Of a stretch of 64,000 nt of DNA, positions 1 through 14,300 are shown one piece after another. Positions within the stretch are counted from its first letter, which is position 1. Every line of letters starts with the position of its first letter. Made by a program: the position numbers and the translations under genes. Source of the stretch: Vitrella brassicaformis CCMP3155 (lineage: Eukaryota; Protista; Chromerida). Below the pieces are notes generated by a model, which worked only from the letters and a program-made list of their open reading frames with translations, had not been told where the DNA came from and did no database searches. The DNA is taken from contig CDMY01000176.1 in assembly GCA_001179505.1 (NCBI GenBank), positions 112,933 to 176,932 of the forward strand, given 5' to 3'.

Positions 1-56
1 TTGGTGCAGCATCGTCGGCAGCCGCAGACGCGTCGGCGAGTGCGGCGTCTGGTGGC

Positions 57-1399
57 ATGTCCCGCCGGAGCCAGAAGCGCCGGCGGAGTGTGGGGGATGG
101 CATGGACATCGACAGCGGTGTGTCGGCGGTGGCTGCCAGGGACGTGGGTATGAGCACCAGGAGCAGGGCGAGGGGCAGGGATGGCGGCGGGGCCAGTAGC
201 AGTAGTGCAGCAGCAGCAGCAGCAGCCGCCGCTGAGGGTGGTGGTGGTGGGAGCCATCCATCCACGGTGCAGAAGACGGTGAATCCGGATGCGGGCATCC
301 CGACCATCGACTGCCTCGTCGCCAACCTCAAGGAAACCAAACCTCAAGCCACACGGTCGGTCGACACAGACACAGACACAGACACCTACCTTTCACACAC
401 ACTATCCTCCCCTCCCTCCCTGCCTCCTGGCTGCGCATATCGTTGGCTGGCATCTGTCAATCAGGATGACGGAGCTGCTGCAGCTCGCCCGTCTGCTACC
501 GCTCGACCTGCCGGAAGAGATCCCGCCGGCCTACCTGGCTCCCGGCACCGCCTACCGCCGTAGTGTCGAGCAGCGGCTGCGCAAGGACATCAAGGAGCCC
601 CATATCGTCTCGACCGACGAGGTGAGTGAGTGACGGAGGGCGGTCAGCCAGGCAGACAGGCAGACGAGCAGGGAGACGGGCAGTTAGGTTGGGAGGAAGG
701 CATTAGTCATGGCCGCCGTAGAACAGTAGCACGGCAGCTGTGTGTGTGGTCACTGTCTGCACTGTTTCCCCTCTGCTGCTGTGCTGTGTGTTCGAGTAGG
801 AGGATTTCGACTTCTTCAAAGTGTGCCACACTAAACACTCGGTACGGCACACACACCCAGACACACACATACAACACGACACGGCACACGCACACCACGT
901 TCTTACATCGAGAGTAGGAGATGCGATGCGATGCGATGCGTGTAGATATACACACGAACCGTCTATGTAGAGCGTTTTTGTCGCCCATGCATTCCACCCA
1001 TCCCATTACATACAGACATGATGGACGGAAGGACAGACAGCCTCAGCTGCTGGGCTCACTCGTCATTGTGTGGCGCTGTGGGTGGTTGGTGTGTGTGTGT
1101 GTGTCGCAGATGGACAAGGCCGCCCTTCAGGACGAGTATGAGAAACTCGTCACGTCTTACTTCAAGTATGTCCATCAGACACACGCATGCACACACACAC
1201 AGACGGGGATGCCACATCTCATCCGTGTGATCTCTGTCCGTTGTGTGATGGGTGCAGGTCCATCGTGAAGCTGCGCCAGATCTTCCCGCCGCCCCCACAC
1301 ATCAAGGCCGCCGGCAGCAACAAGAAGGCCGCGGCCACTGAGCTCAACGGGGGAGGGCCAGCCGAGAACACGCGCAGCAAAAGACGCAAATTGGGCTGA
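57..1399 (+). CDS. Uncharacterised multi-exon protein, probably nuclear (basic termini, poly-Ala tract)
   Basis: Plausible GT-AG exons give MSRRSQKRRRSVGDGMDIDSG, MTELLQLARLLPLDLPEEIPP, EDFDFFKVCHTKHS, MDKAALQDEYEKLVTSYFK and SIVKLRQIFPPPPHIK...RSKRRKLG*. Intron 1166-1257 joins in phase. No family recognised. Confidence 0.6.
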
Positions 1400-3451
1400 T
1401 CAAGGAGGGGGAAGACGGCAGTGCAGCGGCGGGCAGGAGGAAGGACAGCTCATCACCTTTGGCAAGGGGTGGGGGTATGTATCGCTTACGAGAGGGGTGC
1501 GTCTCGTGTGAGCTCTCTGGAGTCAGACAGCGACAAGGAAGGGGGGGGACCTCCCCCTGCATGCTCGCGCGAGCGGCGGGGGTCGGGCCGCATCTTCATC
1601 GAGTCAGACGACGACAAGTGACCATAGCACGGGACGGACAGGCATGCGGGCATTTTTAGCATGTCTGAGTCTGTCTGTTGTTGGGAGGGAGGGAGGGAGG
1701 GAGGGAGCGGTATATAGCATATGTGGCATATACATACGTACCAACGTACGTACGTAGGGGCCGCGTCGTGCCATGCCGTTGCGTCAGTCATCTGCCGTGC
1801 CGTGGGCCATGTGTGTCTGTGTGTGAGCGTATGGTGTCGGTTGTGTGTTTTGTGTTAATGAGTGATTGAGTGCCAAACGGGTGTGAGTGTCCGTCCGGCC
1901 GCTATTTGTGGTTAAGGAGAGAGGTGAGTCAAGGTCGTCTGTCCGTCCGTCTGGATGCGTGTATGTATGCCTGCCTGTCTGTCCGTCTGGCTGCCCGTTC
2001 ATTCATCATCCATCCACACTCACTCCATCACTCGATCACTGTATCCACGGCTGGCCAGCAGACCAGTTGGCTGGCCGGTCGTCTTTCTGTCTGTCTGTCT
2101 GTCTGTATGTATACGTCTGGCTGTGTCTGTCGCGACTTCCCCGAGAGCGGTGGGGAAGGTAGCGGCGGCCCAGCTTGCCTACCTGCCTAACGCTGACTCA
2201 CTCAATGAATGACTTACTGACGTGACGACTTTTTCAGTCTGGTGGAACGGCATGGCATGGCGTGGCATGGCATGGCTCCAAGTATTTCCAATCCGCCGTT
2301 GTGAGCCTTGCCCGTGTGTCGGCCGCCACGCCAGCCCTTTCTGTCTGTGAGCGGGCGGGCCGTTGCGATGATGCGGGAAGGGCCACAGCGCACCTACTGA
2401 CAGCCACACGGGGGCAGTTTTTTGTCCCATGCTCTCGGTGCGTCCAACGAACACTCCCCCTGTTTGCACATCACATTCATGTGTTGGTTTACGCATGGCA
2501 TGTGCGGGGGGACTCACGCACCATCGAAAGAGCAGAGCAGAGGAAGAGCGCTTGTTCGTTCCAACTCTTTTAAGCGGGGGGCAGGGCAGGGCAGGGCAGG
2601 GCAGGGCTGGCGGGAGAGGGAGAGGGGCGGGGCGGGGAGGGGTGTTGAGGGGCGTCAATGGTTGCATTGCGTACCTGCATACGTGTGCATGGTTGGGTGA
2701 GTGAGAGTGAGGTAATTGATGTGATGTATCGGTGGCTGGCTGGACTCTTGATTGAGAGAGAGAGATGATTGAGAGAGAGATGATGTGCCTTTTAAGAAAG
2801 CTGATAGCTAGCGTGTATGTGATATATAGGACAATTTGTTCATTCGAGCTAGCCAACGAGCTAGCTAGATAGACAGATCAGACACCGAACTGAGACCGAC
2901 AGCGTGCGTGCTTGTCTCTCCTGATTAATGGCATGCCCAGCCCAGCCGAGTGTCTTGCCTTTTTGTGCGGCCCGTCCGTCCGTCCGATGACCTGACTGAC
3001 CTGACAGTTTAGGTGTGCGATGAGTAGATAGATAGTGTACGTACTTGTGCACTGACCCGCAGAGCAGGTGTGCATGTCGCGCATGTGTGTGTGTGTGTGT
3101 GTGTGATGTGTGTGTTTGACAGGTAGCTAGAGAGAGGCAACCGGTAGTGAGTGCGTCACTTGACGCAGCAACTTGACGTGCAATGATTGTGTGAGTGAGT
3201 GGGTGAGTGGATGGATGAGTGCCTTCAGCCCATGCATATTGAATGGTAGGCAGACCGCACACACACACACGACACACGGATGCACACTTACACACACACA
3301 TGATGGCACACGGCTTTGATTCCTGTGCATCGTCTGTTGGTGTGTCACAGGTTGCGCGGCTCACCGGACAGACCAAATCATATGAGTGTGGAGGGTGTGT
3401 AGGACGAGCCACATCGAGTTTTCAAATCACTGGGCGGCCGACAACGACTGG

Positions 3452-3982
3452 ATGAACACGGTGTCCGTTCTTCGGCTGGAGGCCCTCATCAACCAGCTGC
3501 TGGAGACCACCGGTACGAATGCCTGTACTCAAAGACACACACATCGCTGGAACCAACCCATGCCGAGTTCTAATCTCTTATATGCTATGCCTGCCGAGCA
3601 GAGAAGGAGAAGCAGAAGGACGTCAAGAAGAAGACGGGCAAGGAGGGCGAGCGTGAGCAGAGAGAGGGGAAGCACTGTCATGTGTGTGAATGGTACGGAT
3701 CTGTGTATGTGAATGATGTGTTGCTGTGGATATCAGGGGCGTCGAGCGTGTGGGATAGGGTGGAGCCGCCAATGGCTGAGGGGCCGTCGCTGGGCCAAGG
3801 TAAACCCCCATTCACACGGCAGGGGGCAGAGAGAGGCGACTGACATCCATCCATCTGTGTGCATGTGACCTTCGTGGTTCTCTGTCCTTTCTGTCCCTTC
3901 AGGAGGTGTCAGGGTGTCAAAGCGCCAGCACGTGGTCCCTCACGGGCGAAGATCGAACAGTCCTATTCTTCCATCCATCACG
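3452..3982 (+). CDS. Possible small spliced ORF, partial; 3' end unresolved
   Basis: Three short segments with canonical GT/AG ends join in phase: MNTVSVLRLEALINQLLETT-G-ASSVWDRVEPPMAEGPSLGQ-G-GVRVSKRQHVVPHGRRSNSPILPSIT. No homology recognised. Confidence 0.25.
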
Positions 3983-5710
3983 GTGAGCAGACACACACGC
4001 TCTCTCTCTCTCTCTCTCATATGGATGGATGGATGGCTGCATTGCATTGGTGTGTGTGTCCTCTCTCCCTCCAAGTGCGTGTGCTTTGGTTGTCAGACCC
4101 TAGATAGTCAAGGAGGGCCTTCTTTTTTGTGTGTGGCTGTGGGCTGCCTTGAGCATGACGCTTGCATGTGGCTGTGATGCCGTGTGTTTTGGGTCGTGTG
4201 GGATGGATGGATGGATGGAACGGATTGTCGGCTGTGCGCTCGCGAGTGGGACGAGTGTGTGGATGGGTGGGCGGGAGGGAAGGAGGACAGGGCAGACGTA
4301 CTACCTTCAAGGCAGGTCTACGAGGCTGTCTGTATGGTATGTGTTCGATTTGGTTCCTCACATCTGACTCGCATTGTGAGAGAGGAAAGCATTGCACTTA
4401 ACTGGCAGAGAGAGAGATATAGAGTAGACAACATGAGTTCACTTCAGACAGTCGGCATTTAGTCAGCTGACCTGACTGACCTGACTGACAGACAGCCTGG
4501 CGATAGCCTCGCCCACTGGTGTGCGTGGAATTCATGGCGTGTGTGTGATGATTGCAATGATGCGATGATTTAGGCCCACATGACACAACTTGGCACGGAC
4601 ACACGAGCACTTGAACACAGAATGACTTGAACCGGTACCGGAATCCACACGCACACACCCCCTGACGGCCAACAGTCCCACTCAGGAAGTGCAGCACAGC
4701 ACTCCATCCCCCTCCGTCCATCTGCGTCCGCTTCACGCAGATTCCATGCTCACAACCACACACTCGCCGCCCGGCGCCCGAGGCCATCACACGCCGAATG
4801 AAGGTGTCCTTCCTTTCTCCTGACACACATTGCACACCGAATCATCTGCCTCCGTACGTACCTCGCTGCAGTGCAATAATGTGATTTTGGCATGGACATC
4901 CTTGAGACCCACCACAACCTGAACAAGACAACATGACAGTCCCTTCCCTTGGGGCCAATGAGGGTGGCATTGCCCTTCTGTTCAAGTCTGCTCCGTGTCT
5001 GGCACAGGTGCCGTGCTTGGGGTGCGGGAGCAGACTGCAGCTGCCGATGGGGAAGGACAGATGGATGGGCAAACTCTTCCCACGAGGCTCCAATCGGGGA
5101 GCGATAAAGGCTGATGGAAACAAGAGGCGTCATGAGTTGGAGGAGATCTGCGCTGGATCTGTGGCCACTGAGGTGCTGAGAGGCTGAGAACGATGGGTGG
5201 AGGGGACAGCGTGTCGAGAGAGCGGTTCAATCTGCGAGCTGAGCTTGCAGACCGATCGGAGGGCAGGAAGAGGGCTCTTGAACGCGAAGGCAGCACACGT
5301 CCATGGCACAGGCAAACAGAAGGAGAGATACTCATCATCACTTGACGGAATGGGTTTCGTTGCTGTCAGGCACCTGCAAGTGAGCCCGGGGCTGCGCCAC
5401 AGCTGACGCAGCACAGGGCTGCTGAGGCGAGTGTGGAGAAAGGAACAAACGCTGCGGAACGAAAGGTCGGGCCATGGAAGATGGCAGAGAAGCAGCCACT
5501 GCTTGGTGTGGATGGACGCCTTTCGTCGCAGGACGACAAGGCGCATCGGTGCCTTCGTCTGACCCATGTCAGCGGCAAGCCACCCACCGACGAAGGACCG
5601 GTGAGAAAAAAAGTAGAAAAACAATCTGAGAGCCTGCCAGGGGCTATGCACACACGTTCATAGGGAGTGAACTGTCTGTCTGTCCGTTCTTCTTATCTTT
5701 TGCTCGTCAG

Positions 5711-7774
5711 GCGCAGTACCGTATGCTTGACTGCCTCCCTCGCATCTTCGGCTGCCTCCGCTGCGCAGACATCCACTCATTCAGCCGCACCAAGCTGTGG
5801 AAGGAGGCCCTCGCTCACCACACACACCTGGCCATCGACGCATCAGCAGACGACCGCTGTTTCTGGGACCGCATCCCTCTCAGCGCCGCCAGTCGCATCG
5901 GCGAGTGCATGAGGGAGCTGCAGTCCATCACTGTCGGCTACCCGTGTGGGTGCCCGCGATGGTGTCTGGATGTGTTGGTCTCGCTGGTTGAGGCCCATGG
6001 GAAAGGCCAGCAGGAGTGGCTCTATAAGGAGGGCAGTGGGCGCAAGAGGCGCAAGGACGACGTGCGCGGGACCCTTCGGTCGATCACTTTCAAGATGATG
6101 CGCCTGTCTGGGGAGGGGGTCGAGGCTCTCAAGCGAACGGCTTCAGAGCTCCCTCCTGTCCCGGCCACTGCAACGATGCTCGACGCCCTGACCTCCATCA
6201 AGGGGCTGGCGTCGAGAATGGGTGAGGAGTTCTCCGCCCGCCACTGGGAGCTGCCCCTGCTGAGCGAGATCCGTGCGCAGCGGGGCGGAGACTTCGACTT
6301 CGACCCCGCCGTCCTGGCGGGTTTCGCCAAGACATCCACCAGTCTGCGGGTCATCGACGCGCCCCTGGACTTTGTCGAGTGGGTGGCTGCGCTGGCGGCA
6401 ATGCCAAAGACATCGGCGCCGCTGGCTAACCTGCAAGTACTCAGGACCCTCGCGCTACATGCTCTCGAAGGGCCTCCTGACAATGACGCGATCGGCACTG
6501 GACTGGACAGCCTGCAGGTAGACAGGACGACAGGACCACACCCGCACACCCAACCCCTTGGCCCGTGACTGCCCACCTGTGTGTCTGGTTCTGCTGTGGT
6601 GGCCAGAAGACTTTGCTCTCCCGTGGCGGCGATGGCGGCTTTCTCCGAGCCATCGAGTTCACCTTTGTCGACGAGATTGATGCTGACTGCTTGGGGGTGG
6701 TAGACGGCCGCATCTTCACCGCTCTGTCGCACCTCGAGAGTTTCGTCAAGGCCGTCGGCAAGTCCAGAGACATTTCCGTCACCTTCACCGGCCGTGTCGG
6801 GGCAGTTGACGTCGCCCTGCTGCACAGCGTCCCCACCAACCCACCCCAATCGCCGTTTGTCATCAAGCAACTGCTGCACTTGGCTTCGCTTGCGTCCGAT
6901 GTCGTGGTGACCATCACTCCAGAAGACGTCAGCACGCCGCCCACGAACCTCAGCGAGGCAGCCAAGGAGATCGCGTCACTCCTGGTCTTCAAGACGGCCA
7001 TGAACATCAACGTGAAGGACGCCGACGGCTGGGACCCGCCTGATGAGTGGCCGCCTCCCGGCCATGTGGCCCCCACAGTGCAGCACCTGCCCCATGACGC
7101 CTTCCCCATGGCAGAATACATCTGCATTCAAGGCGGCAAGGTCGGCGGAGTCATCGCCGGCCGGCAGCTGGCCAAGCGTGCACGAATGGCGGATATCAGT
7201 ATCTTGGGGCATGCTATCTCTGGGCAGCTGCCGGAGGGGGAGGTCATGCGCATCCTTCAGAGCATCGGCAGTGGCGTGCGGTTGGAGAAGCTGCGGGTGT
7301 ATGTGAGCATTGTCAACGGCGTCAGCCTCAACTGGGGAGGAAAGGTTCCGCGAGCGAGGGAGATGGAAATATTCGCGAGTGGTAAGCGCAGCAGAGAAGG
7401 ACATGAGACGACGCGCGACGGCTGACTTATCGCCCACCTGTCGGTGGCTTCATGTAGGCGTGCATGAGATGAGCCCCCTCAACGCCATCTGCGGGAGGAT
7501 TGCGGCGCTGCTCAACCATGGCGGCCTTGATGTGATCAAGGTCGAGTTCACCGAGCTCAATCACACCACCCGTGCAGCCCTCTTCGCATCGATGCGCAAG
7601 CACATGCAGGACGGGGACACTATCGAGGGGCACGATGGGGCCGTGTTCGACGTCGACCTGTTCGCCAAAGACCAAACAGCATCGCAGGAGCTCTTTGGCG
7701 TCACACTTGCAGAGGTGCGGGCGAAGGCATTCGGGTCCTGCCAGAGGGTCATCATCACTGCGGAGAGGAGGTGA
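5711..7774 (+). CDS. Member of a lineage-expanded F-box-like/degenerate LRR family; 5' exon(s) unresolved
   Basis: Long ORFs 5723-6568, 6565-7425 and 7310-7774 are linked by introns. Motifs HTHLAIDAS..FWDRIPL, WCLDVLVSLVEAH and GTLRSITF resemble the expanded hypothetical family I associate with Vitrella. An acceptor ends at 5710. Confidence 0.65.
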
Positions 7775-8378
7775 GAAATTACACACACAGTCGCGACACG
7801 AGTAGAGAGATGAGTGGCGGTGTTGATGGAGATGACGGGGTTCGTGTCCACTTACTTGCCGCCCTGATGTTTGCAGGTTTGAGAGCTCTTGGGCGTGGGG
7901 CATAGCCAAGAGAGGCAAGCACAGACCTTGGGGGGAGTGATGCAGTCAGGTGTTGGCTAGGCAGGGACATAGGCAGGCAGGCAGGCAGGCACCTAGGTCC
8001 TGTGCTGTGCTGTGCTGTACTGTACCGTGCTATCTGTGGTTCTTGGCACAGGTGTGCACTGTTTACTTGTGGGGGAGTGGGTAGTGTCAGATGTGTGTGC
8101 TGTGTTGTGTTGGGTCAGATAGGGGAAAGGGTAGGATGGTTTGTCCACGGTGGGTGGTTGCTGGACTGGTAGGGGGACGCAGAACGAAAACCTTGCGGGA
8201 TACTTACTAACCGATTGGACTGCACTCGCCCTGGCTGCTGCCCCTGCCGGGCGACTCTTGACGACTGGCTGACTCACCGCAAGACGACTGCATGTGTGAA
8301 CGAGAGGCTTAATCATGACGTGTGTTGCACGAGAGAGATGTATGGTTGACATTGCTCGTCGTTTCAACAACAAAAATC

Positions 8379-11300
8379 ATGAGTTCGATCGTCTTGCGAG
8401 CTCGAGCTGGCGAGGAAGGGAGTTTCCCCGCGAGAAAAGAGGCCGCCATGAGTGAAGGTACCGACGCAGGTGCGCCAAAGAAGAAGCGCAGCAAGAAGCG
8501 AGCCAAGATCTCCACCCAGGAAGCCCAGGACGGCTCATCAACTGAGCTTCCCGCAGTGTACGAGGCGCATTCCCAGCGGTTCGCTGCCTTCCTGAAAGCC
8601 TACTCCATCCACTGCCGCATCGCCGCCCTGCCCAAGAGCGTCCGGGCCATCTCCATCACCGCTGGGCGGGTCATGGGCGACACATCTCCCGACGGAATGG
8701 AGCTCAGACACCTGCTGCAGCTGGCAGCAATCTGCAAGGACATCCAGGTGCCTTGAAAGCTCTCGTCTGCTGCGAACACATGAGTTAATGCATTCGTTGC
8801 TGCATGCTTGTGTGTGTGTGCGTGTGCGTGTGTGTGCTGGTGTGTCAGTTCTGGTGGAACACGAGAGCCGGCAACAGTGAGTTTCGGGACCCCGTTGAGA
8901 GGCAGGAGGTGCGGGCCGTCAGCGGGGAGGTGCTCGAGCATGCCGACGGACGCTCACTCTCCATCAAGATGCACAAGGAGCAGCTCTCCGACCGCGACAT
9001 ACAGAAGATGGTCAAGCGCTTCCGTGAGAGCCTAGAGGCAATCGTCGCAGAGCACCGGAGCTGCAGCAGCAACGACGGCGGAGCGGCCGACATCCCCGAC
9101 ATCGAGCCCATCCCATATCCCCAGGACAACTCAGCCCTCGACAGGCAGCCCTTCACTCTGATGGTCAAGCGCACCGACGGTGACTCTTGTCGCACCCGCC
9201 AGACAGTGGAGACTATCCTGGACCACCTGAAGCAGCAGCCGTGGTACGGCGGGCAGGTGTCGTATGTGCACCGTATTGACGCCCAGCCGCCCAGGTATGA
9301 GCCGCTGCGGCATTCGCAGCTGCACCCGGCTTTGGTTGAGGGGCTGCGGAAGCATTATGGGAAGGGCGAAGGGGAGGCCATGCAGTTCTACACCCACCAG
9401 GCGAGAGGCATTGATGCGGCCCTGACTGGCAAGGATGTGGTCGTGTGCACGTCGACATCCAGCGGCAAGTCACTGTAAGCGCTCTGGCGGACAGACAGAC
9501 AGAACCGTTGTGCTCTTGTCAGAGTGTACAACGCGGCGACGTTCCATCGGCTGTTTGAGGACCCCAACAGCTGCGCGGTCTTCATCTTTCCCACCAAGGC
9601 GCTCGCACAGGACCAGCTGCGGGCCCTCAAGGCCCTCATCCTTGCCATGCCTCTTTCCTATCGCGACCGCATCCGGCCCGCCACATTCGACGGCGACACG
9701 CCGAAGAGCGACCGCTCGCACGTCATGCAGCACGCCAACATCATACTCACCAATCCCGATATGTGACTGAGCGAGCCAGAGAGGGAGGGAGGGAGCGACG
9801 TGTGCATATGGTGGGATGATGGTTGCCGTCTTGTCGTGTTGTGTGCAGGCTGCACGTGACCTTCCTGCCGTCCCATCGGCGCTTCGAGCGTGTGTTGCGG
9901 CACCTTTCCTATGTGGTGATTGATGAGGCGCACGTCTACAAGGGCGCGTTCGGTGCACACACTGCGGCGGTGCTGAGGCGGCTCGCCCGCGTGTGCTACA
10001 AGTCCTATCAGAGCAGCCCACAGGTAACAACAGACAGACACAGACACAGATACAGACACAGACACGGTCTGTCACGGTTGGGTGAATGTGCTTTTGTCCT
10101 GTCCTGTCGTCAGTTCATCTGTTGTTCGGCCACTATCGCCAACCCCCACGAGCACTTCTGGTTCCTCGTGGGCCAGGGCGGCGCTGACGACGACTTCCCA
10201 TTATCACCCACACACGACGACGACCAACAGCCACAGCAGCAAGAGCAAGAACCCCCCGAAGCGGCACATGAGCCGGGCGGCTTCTTCACTGAAGACGAGC
10301 AGCAAGCCCCTCCCCCTCCTCCACCCCCAGGGTACCCCAAGCGCCAGGTGGTGGTGTGTCAGAATGACGGATCGCCGTGCGGCAGCAAGTGCTATGTGCT
10401 ATGGAATCCCCCCTACATGAGTGCTGAAGAGATATGGGGGCCGACCAGGGCCGTCAAGGAGGTCTTCGGGCTGGACGAGGAGGATGATCAGGGTGGTCAA
10501 GGAAATGAGGATGAGAGTCACGAAACACCTGACGCCGCCAACGATGACCAATCGATGGACCAGCCCGATGGCGAGACCAATGACAACGGCGCTCCCGCCC
10601 CCGCCGTCGCCCCCTCCGCCGCACCACCGATGAAGCGACGCAAGAAGCGTGGCGAGCCAGAGAACGGCTATCTCCGTCGGTCGCATCGGCTGGCCGACAA
10701 GCGTCGAGACGAGTGGTGCAAGAGCCTGTTCACGAGTGTGTCTGCTGAGGCAATTGCCGCACTGGAGGAGAGGGAGGGTGAGGGCGGTGGGGGGCCGATG
10801 GGCGAGGACGAGAGGGGCGAGCTGGATGAGCTCGTGGAGTATTATGTGCGGGAGCGACAGCGGCCGCAGGATGGCACGCGCAGGTGAGATGACTGACCTG
10901 CAGGGGGTGACTGACTGCAAGGGTGGTGTTTGTGTGTGTGTGCAGGCCCCCTCGTTTGTATGACTATCCCCTTGTGAAGTTTGAGTACGAGTATTGCATG
11001 GCCCACAACCCGCCGTACCTCCGCAACGCGCTCTGGCTGCTCAAACAGCTCAGGTCAATCAATGAGTGAACGAACGAACGAACGAACGAACGGCAGACAG
11101 ACGGAGAAGCTCAGCTGCACACAGGAAACGCCCACCCTCCTGGGTCTGTGCTGTTTTCCGTTTTCCACACACAGGTACTTCGAAACAGAAGGATTATTCC
11201 GCCGCGAGGGCGTCCCGACACTGGGGCTGGCCACCGACACAGGCAACGATGACGTGCAGATGGGCCACCAGCAAGGTACGGTACGCAGCTCAGTGGGAAG

Positions 11301-14300
11301 AAAGCATCAGCAAGATCTGATCTGCATGTGTGGTGTCCTTCCCTTTGTCTCTCTGCCTGCAGATGCAGATGCAGATGCCGCCACCCCTTCAGACCAGCCC
11401 TCCCCCTCCCCTGCTGAAACGATCGACATCGAGAACCACGTCATCGACCTCCTCATCCAACGCATCACCCTCAAGCCAGAGCCACAGAGCCCACAAAGAC
11501 ACCCGACCATCAAGCAAGAACCGACAGACGACGACCAGCAACCATCACCATCACCACCACCACCACTACCACCGCCACCAGCAGCAAAGACCAAGCAAGA
11601 GCCGCCCTTCATCAAGGAGGAGGAGGAGGCCACAGCAGCAGCAGGAGGGATGCGGAACCCCCCGCCCCGCGTCATGCCCCCCGAAGATGAGTCGCGCGAG
11701 GGTTTCCGGCGTGAGGTGAGGAAGAGGGGCGGGGGGGCGCTGATATCGCAAGACCGGCTGCGGACCGCACTAGAGGGCACGGCACCCGGGAGGCGCTCGC
11801 CCATTGTCGAGACCAGCGCCTTGCTCGCCGAACTTGTCAAGAACGGCATCCGCACTCTCGCCTTCTGCAAGTGAGCGACAGTCAGGGAGTCAGTCACGGA
11901 GAGATGACTTCACCCCCCCCCCCCNNNNNNNNNNNNNNNNNNNNNNNNNNNNNNNNNNNNNNNNNNNNNNNNNNNNNNNNNNNNNNNNNNNNNNNNNNNN
12001 NNNNNNNNNNNNNNNNNNNNNNNNNNNNNNNNNNNNNNNNNNNNNNNNNNNNNNNNNNNNNNNNNNNNNNNNNNNNNNNNNNNNNNNNNNNNNNNNNNNN
12101 NNNNNNNNNNNNNNNNNNNNNNNNNNNNNNNNNNNNNNNNNNNNNNNNNNNNNNNNNNNNNNNNNNNNNNNNNNNNNNNNNNNNNNNNNNNNNNNNNNNN
12201 NNNNNNNNNNNNNNNNNNNNNNNNCCCCCCCCCCCCACCACCGCCAGCCCACCCATTGTGGTTGCTTTCCTGGATGTGGGCAGATGGCGCAAGGTGGTGG
12301 AGGTGGTTCTCATCCACACACGGGACCTTCTCAAAGAGTGGGGCCACCCCGACCTTGCCGAGAAGGTCGTCAGCTATCGAGCCGGCTACGTCGCGTCGGA
12401 GCGCCGCCGCATTGAGAAGCAGATCTTCTCAGGCGATGTCCTGGGGGTCACCTGCACCAATGCCCTCGAGCTGGGGATCGACATTGGCACGTTGGACGCC
12501 TGCATTCTGCTAGGATTCCCCGGCTCAATAGCGTCCATGCTGCAGCAATTCGGGCGGGCAGGGCGTGGCACGCGGAGCTCGATATCCTTCATGGTGTCCT
12601 TCGCCTGTCCCGTCGACCAGTGGTGCGCGAAACACGGCCAAGAGCTGTTCGAAAAGTGAGTCGGCCGACGAGCCAGCAAGGCAAGGGCAGTGGGAGGGAG
12701 GGAGGGAAGACACTCGTGTGGATGTGTGGATGTGTGTGGTGCACTCACTGCAGGGCGCCCGAGGCGGCGTCGTTGGATCCGTTCAACCCATCGGTGATCA
12801 AGCAGCACCTTCTGTGTGCAGCCAAGGAGTGCCCGCCACTGGAGTTCAAGGTACGTCACGTCAGCCGACCCGACCACAACACGACCCCTCTCCCACCCAC
12901 CCACCCACCCACACATACAGACACACACCGGTTTACCTGCCTCCCCCTCAAGCCCCCNNNNNNNNNNNNNNNNNNNNNNNNNNNNNNNNNNNNNNNNNNN
13001 NNNNNNNNNNNNNNNNNNNNNNNNNNNNNNNNNNNNNNNNNNNNNNNNNNNNNNNNNNNNNNNNNNNNNNNNNNNNNNNNNNNNNNNNNNNNNNNNNNNN
13101 NNNNNNNNNNNNNNNNNNNNNNNNNNNNNNNNNNNNNNNNNNNNNNNNNNNNNNNNNNNNNNNNNNNNNNNNNNNNNNNNNNNNNNNNNNNNNNNNNNNN
13201 NNNNNNNNNNNNNNNNNNNNNNNNNNNNNNNNNNNNNNNNNNNNNNNNNNNNNNNNNCCCCCCCCCCATCTGTCTGTCTGTGTGTCCGTCAGCATGATGG
13301 CGAGCTCTTCACGGCCGGTTGGGAGGCCGCCCGCACCGAGCTCAAACGCATCCTTGCCGAGCTTGAGGCCAACGGCAACATCACGCGGGTCAACAACCCC
13401 CTCACAGAGCAGCCGTCACACTACTCCTGGGAGATGCCGCAGCAGACCTCAGCATCAGCAGCAGCAGCACCGGTGATCGACCTCACCGACGACGACCAGC
13501 AGGACGGAGGGAGTGATGATGAGGAGGAGGTGATCCCCGAGATCGCCGATGGGCGAGTTGCGCCGATTGAAGACCTGACACAATGGTTGGTGAGAGGGAG
13601 ATACGTATGTGGGTGATGCGACGCGACGACGTGCCTCTCTCCATGTGTGTTGGGTCGGCTTCATGCGCTGTGTGTGTTCAGGAGGATGGGTGTATTGGTG
13701 AATGGCCGGATGGGCAAGGCGGCCATAGCGGTCAATCGGCAGGGCGAGCCTGTGCGGGACATCGGTGAGAGCCGCGGGAGGGGCCTGCCAGGCAGCCTCT
13801 CAACTGACCCACACCCACTCGTCGTACTCAGGTACCTACCGTAGGTACCACACGCAGAAGGCGCCACACGCGTCAGTCAACCACCTTGCCCATTCTCTCT
13901 TTCCCTCTCACATCACACACAGGAACATTGACGAGGCGCGCTTCCAGGTGGTTCCAGTGCCCCTAGGCAGCCGCGAGCCCCTCCCCACACCCAACACCAT
14001 CGACAGCTCCCGTCGAGACCATGCATCTCGCGACGGCGGGGGGTGGGGCAGCGACGTCGATTTCGGCCGCGAGGCGGGCGGCTTCTTCGCCAGTCCACGA
14101 GAGGAGGTGCTGGGCGGGCAGGAGGTGATTGACGAGATTGAGTACCACGAGGCTTTCTTCATGGTCCATCCGGGTGCTGTGTATCTGAATCGGGGCAAGG
14201 TACGTAAGGACGGGAGGAGTGCATTGTCTGCCTCTGGTCATGTGTGTGTGTGTGTGTGTAGGAGTATTTAGTGTCGCATCTCGACTTGCACCACCTGGTG

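Noticed and set aside
1421-1621. ORF with ESDSDK/ESDDDK repeats downstream of the first gene's stop
   Set aside because: It could be an alternative 3' exon, but no convincing in-phase splice or start was found.
1700-3400. Many overlapping ORFs of 60-225 aa
   Set aside because: They translate microsatellites (THTH, VCVC, GQGR) and show no coherent splice pattern or family motif.
4750-5133. Minus-strand ORF containing LIGPKG, like a KH-domain GxxG loop
   Set aside because: The surrounding residues do not fit a KH fold and no consistent gene model could be built.
11910-13270. Long ORFs running through N gaps, with poly-C flanks
   Set aside because: Artefacts of N translation; the gaps probably hide short homopolymer runs within introns.
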